DNA from: Candidatus Aminicenantes bacterium
GTDB lineage: Bacteria > Acidobacteriota > Aminicenantia > Aminicenantales > Aminicenantaceae
Direction of reading: 5' to 3'
NCBI GenBank assembly: GCA_020344415.1
Contig: CP070825.1
Span: forward strand, 4,221,299-4,285,298
DNA length: 64,000 bases
A model generated the notes under the pieces. It was not told the DNA's origin, ran no database searches, and was given only the letters and a program-made list of their open reading frames with translations. Position 1 is the stretch's first letter. Every line of letters begins with the position of its first letter. This document shows positions 8,126-17,682 of the stretch, piece by piece. The translations under genes were made by a program, and so were the position numbers.

Positions 8126-10555
8126 TTACTCGTATCTCAACGAATCAACAGGGTCGGCAGTCGCGGCCCTGACAGCCTTCGTGCTGATGGTTAAAAGGGC
8201 GATTATCAAGGCAATCAGCCCAGACAGAATGAATATCCAGAGCTCAACCTCTATGCGATAGGCAAAATTCTGGAGCCATTTGTTCATAGCGAAGTAGGCG
8301 AAAGGCCAGGCGATCACATTGGCGAGCATCACCCATTTTGTGAATTCTCTGGACAGGAGTAGAACAACATTGGACACAGAGGCACCCAGCACCTTACGGA
8401 TGCCGATCTCCTTTGTCCTCTGTTCGGCTGTGAATGAGGCCAGTCCGAAAAGACCCAAACACGCAATGAAAATTGCAATCAGGGTAAAGGATATGAAGAC
8501 CTGCCCCATGCGCTGCTCTGAGCGGTAAAGGCGGTCGAACGATTCATCCACAAAAACATAGTGAAACGGATACGCCGGTTCTATCTGCTGCCACTGCTTT
8601 TCGATCGCACGGAGAGTTTCGGATAGATTTTCCGGATTCAGTTTGGCCGAGATTCTACTATAGAGCTCTCCAGGCAGCTTCATCAGATAACCCCGGATTT
8701 TTTGATGCAGGGATTCGAAGTGAAAATCTCGGACAACGCCAATGACTGTGTAAGAAACTTCAACGAATTTTCGGTCGATGACATCAGTCATGATAACGGT
8801 TTTTCCTAGAGGATTATCCCAGCCGAGCTGTTTGACTAGCGTCTCATTGAGTATGATAGCTCGTTTATCGGAAGGGCGGTCCTTGGACAGATTCCTTCCG
8901 GCTGCCAGTTCTATACCAAAAGTATCAAGATAGTCATCATCCGCTTCTACATAGGGCATGATCTGCTTTTCCTGCGTGACTCCTTCGAACGAGAACGTGG
9001 TCTCATTCATGCCGATCCCGGGTACATGGGATGAACAAGTGGCATTGACTACTCCCGGGATGCGTAGGATTTCGTTTTTGAAAACGTCGGATTTTTGATG
9101 AGCTTGGCCCTTCAAGGATATAACAGCGATCTGTTCCTTGTTGAATCCTAAATCGTGATTCTTGACATGATGCAATTGATAAAAAATTACTAATGTACAG
9201 AAAATCAGTGTTATGGAGATGACATACTGCAGACTGACCAGCCCATGCCGGAAGAAGCGGTGCCCTTTTCCGGCCTTAAACCGGGATTTCAAGATTTCAA
9301 GGGGGGCAAATGAAGAAAGAAAGAAAGCTGGATAGACTCCTGCGATAAGTCCGACCAGAAGAGTTATCCCTACAAGGCCAAGAATAATGATTCCATTTTG
9401 CATGGGGTTGAATGCAAGATCTTTGCTGACGAGTCGGTTAAAGATGGGCAGCATGATTTGGATGAGGATGACAGCGATGACTAGACTGATAAAACTGAGT
9501 AGCATGGATTCTCCGAGGAATTGAGCGATCAGTTTTCCTCTGGGAGCTCCGAGGACTTTTCTCATCCCTACTTCCTTGGCCCGCTGAGCGGATTGTGCCG
9601 TAGAAAGGTTCATAAAATTGATACATGCGATAAGGAGAATGAAAAGGGCAATACTCGTCAGGATTCGGATATAAGCTGGGTTCCCTGGAGGTTCCATTTC
9701 TCCTTCCATATGAGAATGAAGGTGGATACTTTGAAGCGGCTGTAGAAAGAGGCTGATCTTCACTCCGAGTTTTTTGACCTGATCCGGAAGGTTGGCCATG
9801 AGGAGCTCGTGATATTTCTTTGTGATTTCCTCAGTGTTTGGTTTTCCCGTTAGGAGGATATAGGTGAAGAAATTGAAGTTCATCCACATGTTCATGTCTC
9901 CACGCAGCCGGTTCAAGGTGGAGAGCGATGCCAGCATATTGTATTTAAAGTGAGAGTTCTCAGGCATTTTCTTGACAACGCCTGTTATGGTGTACATATG
10001 CTCGTTGTCCAGCTTGAGCATCTTGCCTATTGGATCTTCGCTTCCGAAGTATTTTTCTGTCATTTCTTCAGTGAGCACTAAGCTGAACGGTGCTTCCAGC
10101 ATGGTTTCCGGATCGCCGTTAACGAGCGAGATGGCGAAAACATCAAAAAGGCCCGGGTCTGCATAATAGATCCTGGATTCTTCAAACAGTTTGTCCTCAA
10201 AGGAAACGATTTTTCTTCCCTCTCGTCGCAGTCTGGCCACACCGGCTATCTCAGGAAACTGTTCGACCAGGGCCGGGCCGAAGGGCGGCGGCACAGTCGG
10301 GATTTCCATGTGACGGTCCTGAATGTCTAGGTTGAGCGCCACGCGGTAGATGCTTTCACTGTTTTCGTGAAAACGATCATAAGTCACCTCATTCAGGACC
10401 AGCAAAAGAATGAGAAAACAAACGGCCATGCCAATAGCCAGGCCAGCAACGTTGATGAGAGAGAAGCTCTTTCTCTTTAAAAGATTTCTGACAGCGGTTT
10501 TGAGATAATTTCCTAACATGTTAGAAAAAATCGCTTTAGTTGTTTTGAAATTCAT
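8126..10555 (-). CDS. Duplicated FtsX/MacB-type ABC permease (two MacB periplasmic plus FtsX domains); no ATPase gene adjacent
   Basis: 809 aa. N-terminal NYLKTAVRNLLKRKSFSLINVAGLAIGMA. Two KEVGMRKVLGA / KEIGIRKVLGA FtsX signature segments, each followed by three TM helices. Confidence 0.85.
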   Translation of the reverse strand: MNFKTTKAIFSNMLGNYLKTAVRNLLKRKSFSLINVAGLAIGMAVCFLILLLVLNEVTYDRFHENSESIYRVALNLDIQDRHMEIPTVPPPFGPALVEQFPEIAGVARLRREGRKIVSFEDKLFEESRIYYADPGLFDVFAISLVNGDPETMLEAPFSLVLTEEMTEKYFGSEDPIGKMLKLDNEHMYTITGVVKKMPENSHFKYNMLASLSTLNRLRGDMNMWMNFNFFTYILLTGKPNTEEITKKYHELLMANLPDQVKKLGVKISLFLQPLQSIHLHSHMEGEMEPPGNPAYIRILTSIALFILLIACINFMNLSTAQSAQRAKEVGMRKVLGAPRGKLIAQFLGESMLLSFISLVIAVILIQIMLPIFNRLVSKDLAFNPMQNGIIILGLVGITLLVGLIAGVYPAFFLSSFAPLEILKSRFKAGKGHRFFRHGLVSLQYVISITLIFCTLVIFYQLHHVKNHDLGFNKEQIAVISLKGQAHQKSDVFKNEILRIPGVVNATCSSHVPGIGMNETTFSFEGVTQEKQIMPYVEADDDYLDTFGIELAAGRNLSKDRPSDKRAIILNETLVKQLGWDNPLGKTVIMTDVIDRKFVEVSYTVIGVVRDFHFESLHQKIRGYLMKLPGELYSRISAKLNPENLSETLRAIEKQWQQIEPAYPFHYVFVDESFDRLYRSEQRMGQVFISFTLIAIFIACLGLFGLASFTAEQRTKEIGIRKVLGASVSNVVLLLSREFTKWVMLANVIAWPFAYFAMNKWLQNFAYRIEVELWIFILSGLIALIIALLTISTKAVRAATADPVDSLRYE

Positions 10556-10972
10556 TTATATAGACGAAATTTCAGCTAGAAAGGTTCTATTTTTTCAGAG
10601 TTACCTTTAATTTATTCAATTGCTCCCAGGCTTCCCATATGATATATACATTGATAAGACTTGTTCACAAGAATTAAACTAAAGCGGTGGGAAAAATGTT
10701 TCCTAATTCTCCATCGCTAAATAGATAAGAAAAGATTGTTAAAACTGTCTTTAAGCACAAAATCCTTAGAATACTCTGGCAAGTAGAAAAGAAGCAAGGA
10801 TTTTTTGCAGCTAATACTTGTTTTTGAACTTAAGTATTTTAAATTCCGTATATGAAGATGGAGGGAAGTCTAGAAGTATTGGTGGCAATAGAGTGATAAT
10901 GAGATGTAATATCAATTGATAGATTATTCGTTAACTTTATATAGAATGAAATAAAATTAAGGAGAAATTTGA

Positions 10973-11617
10973 ATGAAAATCAATCGTAGGGCATTCTTTC
11001 AGAAGGGCGCTGTTTTAGGTGCTGGGCTGGCACTTGGGAGTTCTGGGCTCTTGGCTGAGAGGAAGGATAGTTCTTTGCAGAGTGATGAGCATGACATTTT
11101 TGAGGTGATTAAAAACCGACGTTCTGTTCGAAAATTCAAATCGACACCAATTCCGAAGGAACATCTCACTAAAATATTAGAAGCTGCCAATTCCGCACCG
11201 ACTCCAAGTAATAGACAGGCATGGAAATTTTTTGTCATACAGGAAAGAAAAACGCTAGATCAGATCAAGGAAGCATGCATTAAAAGGTCTGGAGAGAGAA
11301 GCAGGCAATACTTTACAGATTATCTTTCAGCTCCGGTATACGTAGTTGTGCTTGCGAATACAAAGACGAGAAATCCCGTGAATGACATCACAGCTGGCGC
11401 TTTGGCTGCTGAGAACTTAATGCTGGCCGCGAGGGCACTGGGTTATGGCACTGTTTTCTGTGCGAATTCTATAAGGGAAGAGGTTACCAAGGAGGTTTTG
11501 AACATTCCCGACGACTATAAACGCATATGCATTACCCCCATCGGTGTTCCTGTAGAGTGGCCAAAGACCCCGGAAAAGAAAAGCCTGGAAGACGTTGTAT
11601 TGTACGAGAGATTTTGA
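10973..11617 (+). CDS. Nitroreductase-family flavoprotein with twin-arginine signal peptide
   Basis: MKINRRAFFQKGAVLGAGLALG is a Tat motif. IKNRRSVRKF..APTPSNRQAWKFFVI is the nitroreductase N-terminal signature. RBS AAGGAG. Confidence 0.85.
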   Translation: MKINRRAFFQKGAVLGAGLALGSSGLLAERKDSSLQSDEHDIFEVIKNRRSVRKFKSTPIPKEHLTKILEAANSAPTPSNRQAWKFFVIQERKTLDQIKEACIKRSGERSRQYFTDYLSAPVYVVVLANTKTRNPVNDITAGALAAENLMLAARALGYGTVFCANSIREEVTKEVLNIPDDYKRICITPIGVPVEWPKTPEKKSLEDVVLYERF

Positions 11618-11763
11618 TTCAGCTGCTTCCCGTCACGCCTAATTCTGTTGCTCCTGTTTCAGTATTCGAAATAATCGATTACAAGCGGGCATACGAAGGG
11701 AACAATGGAATAATGAGTGCTTAATGTATGGCTTCGTAATATAATTAGAATAGTAGAATAGGA

Positions 11764-11836
11764 GCAGGTCTTGTTTTTTGCTTAATTGGGATGGTTGATT
11801 ATGTCTAGAGAGAGGCAAAAAGCAAAACCTGAACCC
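11764..11836. repeat. Inverted pair of repeat module A (GCAGGTCTTGTTTTTTGC ... GCAAAAAGCAAAACCTGAACCC) with a 33-nt spacer
   Basis: The reverse complement of the right arm (gggttcaggttttgctttttgc) matches the left arm apart from a few mismatches. Intergenic, downstream of the nitroreductase gene. Confidence 0.6.
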
Positions 11837-11870
11837 TTTAATAGGCTATACTTTAATCGAGGAGGTTCTT

Positions 11871-12290
11871 ATGCCAAAAATATTTAAAAATTCTTTAATC
11901 GGCTTTACGTTCTGTCTTGCATTCATGCTCTTTGCTTTTAATTCTGCATCTTTTTCTCAAGAAAAAAAACAGGAAAAGAAAGCAGATGCCAAGCTCTTAG
12001 ACGAGATTGCCGGAAGTTACGAGTTTGATTATCAAGGACAAATTATCGTATTCGTATTTTCTGTCGAAGACGGTAAGCTGATGGGCGCACCCGAAGGAGA
12101 AGGCCAGGAAGTGATAGAACCTGTAGAGGGAGAAGAGATGACATTTGTCGGTTATTCACCTGACGGGACAGAATATCAATTCAAATTTGAGAGGGATGAA
12201 GAAGGCAAAATAACAAAATGCACTGCCAGTCTTCCGGCAATGGGAATAAAGGTAGAAGGCATTAAGATAAAAGATGGGAACGTGAAATAG
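11871..12290 (+). CDS. Small secreted protein, unknown function
   Basis: 139 aa with RBS GAGGAGG and a signal-like N-terminus (LIGFTFCLAFMLFAFNSASF). No family recognised. Confidence 0.5.
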   Translation: MPKIFKNSLIGFTFCLAFMLFAFNSASFSQEKKQEKKADAKLLDEIAGSYEFDYQGQIIVFVFSVEDGKLMGAPEGEGQEVIEPVEGEEMTFVGYSPDGTEYQFKFERDEEGKITKCTASLPAMGIKVEGIKIKDGNVK

Positions 12291-12468
12291 CAAAAACCGT
12301 TCATTTTTCAAAGAGGAAGATCCTTAAATATTAGCCTTTTTTGAAAAAAGGGAGGCGTCTCTCACATCTTGGAAACCATTTTTTGATTGGGTGCGTATTT
12401 ATGATAAGAGGAGTTTATTCTGTAAAAGACTTCCTCTGCAGATAAATGCTGATAAAAGGAGGATCGAG

Positions 12469-14013
12469 GTGAAGAAAGTCATCACGAAAAATACATTCAT
12501 AATCGTCATGATTTGTCTTTTAATTCCCGTTGGACAAAATCTTGCACAGGAATCTGTACCTTTAAAAACTGGTGTGGATAAGAAGGCTTTAATATCTGAA
12601 CTAGAGGAGATTATTCCGCAGTTGATGAAAAAGGCAGAGATTCCAGGGCTTTCCATAGCTGTGATAATCGATGGGAAGATCATATGGTCCCGCGGCTTTG
12701 GTATAAAAAACACCAAAACAGGTGAATCTGTTACCGATGACACCATTTTTGAAGCAGCTTCTCTCACAAAGCCCTTTTTCGCTTATGCAGCCATGAAATT
12801 GGTGGAAAAAGGTGAGTTGGATTTGGACACTCCTTTGATCAAATATGCTCCTCAAAGTTATCTGGAAAAAAAGTACATAAGGCATCCTGTGGATTTAACA
12901 GGATTCCGAAAGGACTGGTTCGAGAAGATAACGGCTCGAATGGTCTTGAGCCATTCCTCCGGCTTGCCCCATGGAGGTCCCCGTAAGCCCCTTCCCATCC
13001 TTTTTGAACCAGGTCAAAAATACCGCTACTCCGCTGATGGTTATATGTATCTTCAGAGAATCATTGAACACCTTAAAGGTGACTCCCTTCGTGAAATAAT
13101 GAGAAAGCTGGTCATAGAACCGCTTAAAATGAAAAACAGCAGCATGGTCTGGCAGGAAAAATACGAGACTCAATCGGCGGTGGGGCATGATATATTCAGC
13201 GAGACAACCGGGAGATTCAGGAAGAGAAAAAGGGCGCATGCAGCGGCAAGTCTCTATACAACAGCATACGATTATGCTCGATTTGTTATTGCCATGTTGA
13301 ATGATATAGGGCTTAAAAAAGAGACTGTAAAGCAAATGCTCACGCCTCAGATCGACGTTGAGAAAGACGTTTTTTGGGGGCTTGGCTTTGGGTTGGAGCA
13401 TACAGATTCTGGTGATGCTTTCTGGCAGTGGGGAGATTATGTGATATTCAGAAATTATATCGTTGCCTATAAAAAACAGAAGATCGGAGTTGTCTATTTA
13501 ACAAATAGTAATAACGGATTGAGCATTGGTCCTGAAATTGTCAAACGCGCAATCGGCGGGGGTAAAGAGCTTGCCTTGGCCTATTTGGATTATGCCCTTT
13601 ATGATTCGCCGTCCATGGTTTTTGTCCGGACAATCAAAAATAAGGGGATTGAAGAAGCGGTTAAGCTCTTCCATGAATTGAGGAAGGAAAATCCGGATGA
13701 TCTCAGTGAAGGTTCAATAAACAGCGTTGGATACACTCTGTTGAACTCAAGAAGGATTCCAGAAGCAATTGAAATTTTTAAATTGAACGTTGAAACTTTT
13801 CCGAATTCTGCCAATGTCTATGACAGTTTAGCTGAAGCTTATGTGAGAAAGGGCGACAGCGAGCTTGCTATTAAATACTATAAAAAGACCTTAGAGATGA
13901 TTCCAAAAGATACCAAGGCTGATAAAGCATTTTTAGAAAGACTCAAAAAAGGGGCATTGGAGAATTTAAAGAAGCTTGAAAAAAAGGAAAAACAATATCA
14001 GCGTGGAGCATAA
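12469..14013 (+). CDS. Serine hydrolase, beta-lactamase fold, with C-terminal TPR module; paralogue of 6423..7913
   Basis: The GTG at 12469 is preceded by AGGAGG (5-nt spacer). The longer ORF from 12391 adds an implausible N-terminus. SxxK (AASLTKPF), YSADG, C-terminal TPR (NVYDSLAEAYVRKGDSELAIKYYKKTLE). Confidence 0.85.
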   Translation: MKKVITKNTFIIVMICLLIPVGQNLAQESVPLKTGVDKKALISELEEIIPQLMKKAEIPGLSIAVIIDGKIIWSRGFGIKNTKTGESVTDDTIFEAASLTKPFFAYAAMKLVEKGELDLDTPLIKYAPQSYLEKKYIRHPVDLTGFRKDWFEKITARMVLSHSSGLPHGGPRKPLPILFEPGQKYRYSADGYMYLQRIIEHLKGDSLREIMRKLVIEPLKMKNSSMVWQEKYETQSAVGHDIFSETTGRFRKRKRAHAAASLYTTAYDYARFVIAMLNDIGLKKETVKQMLTPQIDVEKDVFWGLGFGLEHTDSGDAFWQWGDYVIFRNYIVAYKKQKIGVVYLTNSNNGLSIGPEIVKRAIGGGKELALAYLDYALYDSPSMVFVRTIKNKGIEEAVKLFHELRKENPDDLSEGSINSVGYTLLNSRRIPEAIEIFKLNVETFPNSANVYDSLAEAYVRKGDSELAIKYYKKTLEMIPKDTKADKAFLERLKKGALENLKKLEKKEKQYQRGA

Positions 14014-14097
14014 AGAATTCCCGAAGATGGAAAGAAATGGATGAAGAGAGTGTTGTTTAGCTTATAATTAGAGGAATAGAGACTAAGGCTTTCTAGA

Positions 14098-14796
14098 TTA
14101 TTTCTGTTTGATTGCGTTGAAAATGGTTTCCCTATAATAATCTCCTATGGGGAGATACTCTTCGTTTATTTTTAGCTGGTCGCTCTCGATCAAATCCACA
14201 TGAGAAAAATTAACAATATACGATTTATGGATCCGGAAAAACATTTTTGAAGACAGCATCTCGGATACTGCTTTCATAGTCAGAAGCGACAGAATCTCTT
14301 TTTTCTTCGTGACAAATGTCACATAATTACCGGTGCCTCTTATATAAAGGATGTCGTTCAGCTTAATTTTATAATACTCTGTGCCGCTTTTAATCAGGAT
14401 GAAATCGCCTTCTTGAATGAAGGGCGTCATACGGCTTGTTTTAATTTGATATTGTTTGAAGGCTTTATTGATGGCCTTAAGGAACCTGTCAAACTCAATT
14501 GGCTTTAAAAGATAATCCACCGCATCATAATCGTAGCTTTCCAGAGCATATTTGGAATAGGCAGTCGTGAATATGACAAGAGGTTGAGATTCTAGAGATT
14601 TTAGGAATTGGATCCCGGTCAAGTCAGGCATATTTATGTCCAGTAAAATCAGGTCGACAGGGTTTTTCTGGATAAAATTCAGAGCCTTTAGAGGATCTCG
14701 GAAAGTTCCAGCGCACTCCAGAAAGGGGACCTTTTCCACATAGTCCCTGAGTATTTCAATGGCAGTGGGCTCGTCGTCGATGATAAGGCATTTCAT
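14098..14796 (-). CDS. LytTR-family response regulator (CheY receiver + LytTR DNA-binding domain)
   Basis: MKCLIIDDEP...LDINMPDLTGI is the receiver domain. C-terminal FFRIHKSYIVN is the LytTR signature. The ATG overlaps the kinase stop (ATGA). Confidence 0.9.
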   Translation of the reverse strand: MKCLIIDDEPTAIEILRDYVEKVPFLECAGTFRDPLKALNFIQKNPVDLILLDINMPDLTGIQFLKSLESQPLVIFTTAYSKYALESYDYDAVDYLLKPIEFDRFLKAINKAFKQYQIKTSRMTPFIQEGDFILIKSGTEYYKIKLNDILYIRGTGNYVTFVTKKKEILSLLTMKAVSEMLSSKMFFRIHKSYIVNFSHVDLIESDQLKINEEYLPIGDYYRETIFNAIKQK

Positions 14797-15830
14797 GGGC
14801 GTTTTTTTCCCTTATTTTTTAAAGTCAGATTGACTTCAAATGTATTGGCGGATTTGTGGGTTGTCAGCTCGTGAGAGTCGGGGTATAAAAGCTCCAGCCT
14901 GCGTTTGACATTCTGCAATCCCAACCCCGAGTTGTTCATGTCTCTTTCGCCTCTTCCGGCATGAATGCTGTTCCTGACCGAGAATTGAAGACCGTTCTCT
15001 TGGGCTTTTAAATGGATATGGATAAAGGATGGAGATTTAATGCTGATTCCGTGTTTGAACGCATTCTCTACAAAAGGAATCAGAAGCATTGGAGGGATTT
15101 GAACCTTCTTTGTATCGCCCTCAACTTTAAAACCAATGTCAATTTCATCATCTTTGGAAAAGCGGAGTTTTTGCAGTTCGATGAGCCGCTTGATCTGATG
15201 GGTTTCTTTATCCAGGTTTATTCTGTCCACATTGCTTTCATAAATCATATATCTCATGAGATGAGATAATCCGGCGATACCGTCTGCTGTGGCCTTGTCC
15301 TGCTTTCGGGCCATTCCGAATAGATTATTCAGGGTATTGAACAGGAAATGCGGATTTATCTGAGCTTTGAGCAGGTTCAGCTCGGTCTGGACTTGTTTGG
15401 CCTTGATTTCCTGCAAAAGGAATCTCTCGTTAATGCTGCGCTTCAAGACTTTGAGAGAAGTGGAAATGAAGATAATAAACGCCAAGAACAATATTTGACT
15501 GATGTATTCGATTCTTACATTAAAAACAAATAAAACAAATGCCTTAACAAGATAGACATATAAAATTAAGGCTGGGATAAGGATAATTACATAGATCGAG
15601 TACCGTCTTCTGAAGAAGTATTTTTCAAAGAGGAAAAAGTGAAAATAAACAGGAAATAGAGCCGGACCGAGCATTCTCAATCCATATGTGGCCCTCGTAG
15701 AAAGATTCATTTCTTCTTTGCCTGGTAGTATGAAAAAAAGGAGCAGGAAGAAAGCCCAGAAGTAGAGGTGGTAAGCAATACGGGAGGTCAGTGTTTTTCG
15801 TATTTTATTATTCTCAGATAAAAATTTCAT
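14793..15830 (-). CDS. LytS/YehU-type sensor histidine kinase (membrane, His_kinase + HATPase)
   Basis: About 4 TM helices, then LKAQINPHFLFNTLNNL (H-box of LytS-type kinases) and NSGLGLQNV (G-box). Confidence 0.85.
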   Translation of the reverse strand: MKFLSENNKIRKTLTSRIAYHLYFWAFFLLLFFILPGKEEMNLSTRATYGLRMLGPALFPVYFHFFLFEKYFFRRRYSIYVIILIPALILYVYLVKAFVLFVFNVRIEYISQILFLAFIIFISTSLKVLKRSINERFLLQEIKAKQVQTELNLLKAQINPHFLFNTLNNLFGMARKQDKATADGIAGLSHLMRYMIYESNVDRINLDKETHQIKRLIELQKLRFSKDDEIDIGFKVEGDTKKVQIPPMLLIPFVENAFKHGISIKSPSFIHIHLKAQENGLQFSVRNSIHAGRGERDMNNSGLGLQNVKRRLELLYPDSHELTTHKSANTFEVNLTLKNKGKKRP

Positions 15831-16012
15831 GCATCTCTATTAAAATCCAATTTCGACATCTTTTCAAGGACCAGTCATCCAGAATTTAAAAGGATTTATC
15901 AATTTTTCCCACAAGTTTGTCAATCTCCTGACACAAACGTTTCTGGGAAGCCTATATTTGCTTATGTGAGGAGGGAACATTTCACAAATATTAATTAAAA
16001 GGAGGTTGTATC

Positions 16013-17647
16013 ATGTGCCACAAAAAGATAATCGTCGCAGTAATATTGCTTGTCTTGTTCTTGTTTGTCACACAAGCCTTTTCGAATGAAATTCATCAGG
16101 CAGCAATGAAAGGAGACCTCGCCGGAGTAAAGAAGATACTGGCAAAAAAACCGGATTCAGTGAACTCTAAGGACGAAGATGGAAAAACGCCTTTGCACTT
16201 TGCGGTTCAAAGCGGCAACAAAGAAGTCGCCGAATTCCTCTTCGCTCAAGGTGCAGATATCAATGCCAAGGACGCCAAAGGGAATACTCCATTACATAGT
16301 GCATTGGCCCACAAACGTGCTGATATCGCCCGGTTTTTGCTGTCAAAAGGTGCTGACGTGAAGATTAAGGCTGCGGACGGCACGCCTGTAATTGTTATTG
16401 CATTAATGAGAGGTTTAAAGGAATTGGTCGTGCCGATATTGGATTATGGGCAAGATGTAAATGAAAAATTTGAGGGTGGTTTAAGAATTATCCACATGGC
16501 TTCTCTTCTGGGTGATAAAGAAATTGTTGAGATTTTGCTTGATAGGGGAGCGGATATCAATGTCAAATCAGACGAAAATATTACACCATTGTATGCTGCG
16601 ATTTTCTTGGGTAATACAGGCATGGCTGACTTGCTCCTTTCCAGAGGAGCCGCAAAAGACTATGTAGAGACTCAAACAGGGCGGACTTACCTCCATCTTG
16701 CAGTAATCAAAGGATATGGAGACATGATGGAACTTTTTAGAGCAAAGGGATTGGATGTCAATGCTCGAGATAACAGCGGAAAAACTCCACTCCAGTATGC
16801 GGCTAAATACGGACACAAGAAGATAGCGGATTTACTTATCAAACATGGTGCTCGAGCAAAGGATTTGGAAGAAAACTACGGCATGTCTCCCTTTTTAAAA
16901 AAGAAGCTTAATTCTGGAGATGCTGTTGTCTGGTACCTAGGAACCAGCGGTTGGGCCGTAAAAACAAAGAATAAATTGCTGATATTCGATTACCATATAT
17001 TCGGCAGAAAACCGGATGAACCCTTTCTTTCAAACGGACATATCATTCCGGAAGAGATGCTAGGGCAGAAAATTTATGTCTTTGTTACTCATGGACATAA
17101 CGACCATTTTAATCCAGTAATTTTTGAATGGAAAAAATCTGTCGGTGATATTGTCTACATCCTTGGCTTTAAGCCCAAAAAAGCACCTGAGTATATTTAT
17201 ATGAACCCCAGGGAAAAGAAAATGATCGATGGCATGGTGATTTCAACCATAGAATCAAACGATGCCGGTGTGGGATTTCTTGTGAATGTGGATGGCCTTG
17301 TCCTTTTCCATGCAGGTGATCATGCATGTAAGCAGCAAGATATGAAGGGACCATATTCTGGAGAGATAGATTTTCTAGCAGAAAATGGAAATAAACCTGA
17401 TATTGCTTTTCTTCCGATAACTGGGTGCGGTTTCAGAGATCCGGCTGCTGTCAGAAAAGGTGTTTATTATACACTAGAGAAGCTACAGCCCAAAGTCATG
17501 TTTCCGATGCATGCCGCTGGGTTTGAGTACCTTTACAAAGACTTTGTCAAGGAAGCTTCCAAGGATAAATTCAAAGCCAAAACAAAATTTATCTGCTCCG
17601 GAAACAAGGGAGACCGGTTCATTTACTCAAAAGGCAAGATCAAGTAA
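16013..17647 (+). CDS. Exported ankyrin-repeat protein fused to a metallo-beta-lactamase-fold (UlaG/Lactamase_B_3-like) domain
   Basis: Signal peptide (IIVAVILLVLFLFVTQAFS). About 7 ANK repeats (GKTPLHFAV..G..EV.EFL...GADINAKD, repeated). VFVTHGHNDHF is the HxHxDH motif. RBS AAGGAGG. Confidence 0.85.
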   Translation: MCHKKIIVAVILLVLFLFVTQAFSNEIHQAAMKGDLAGVKKILAKKPDSVNSKDEDGKTPLHFAVQSGNKEVAEFLFAQGADINAKDAKGNTPLHSALAHKRADIARFLLSKGADVKIKAADGTPVIVIALMRGLKELVVPILDYGQDVNEKFEGGLRIIHMASLLGDKEIVEILLDRGADINVKSDENITPLYAAIFLGNTGMADLLLSRGAAKDYVETQTGRTYLHLAVIKGYGDMMELFRAKGLDVNARDNSGKTPLQYAAKYGHKKIADLLIKHGARAKDLEENYGMSPFLKKKLNSGDAVVWYLGTSGWAVKTKNKLLIFDYHIFGRKPDEPFLSNGHIIPEEMLGQKIYVFVTHGHNDHFNPVIFEWKKSVGDIVYILGFKPKKAPEYIYMNPREKKMIDGMVISTIESNDAGVGFLVNVDGLVLFHAGDHACKQQDMKGPYSGEIDFLAENGNKPDIAFLPITGCGFRDPAAVRKGVYYTLEKLQPKVMFPMHAAGFEYLYKDFVKEASKDKFKAKTKFICSGNKGDRFIYSKGKIK

Positions 17648-17652
17648 TAGCA

Positions 17653-17682
17653 GGAAAAAGAGGACAGGCTACTTTTTTACCC
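17653..17682. repeat. Single copy of intergenic repeat module B (GGAAAAAGAGGACAGGCTACTTTTTTACCC)
   Basis: Shares the 17-mer ggacaggctactttttt with 57107-57123. It sits between convergent genes and overlaps the last codons of the minus-strand TPR gene. Confidence 0.7.
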
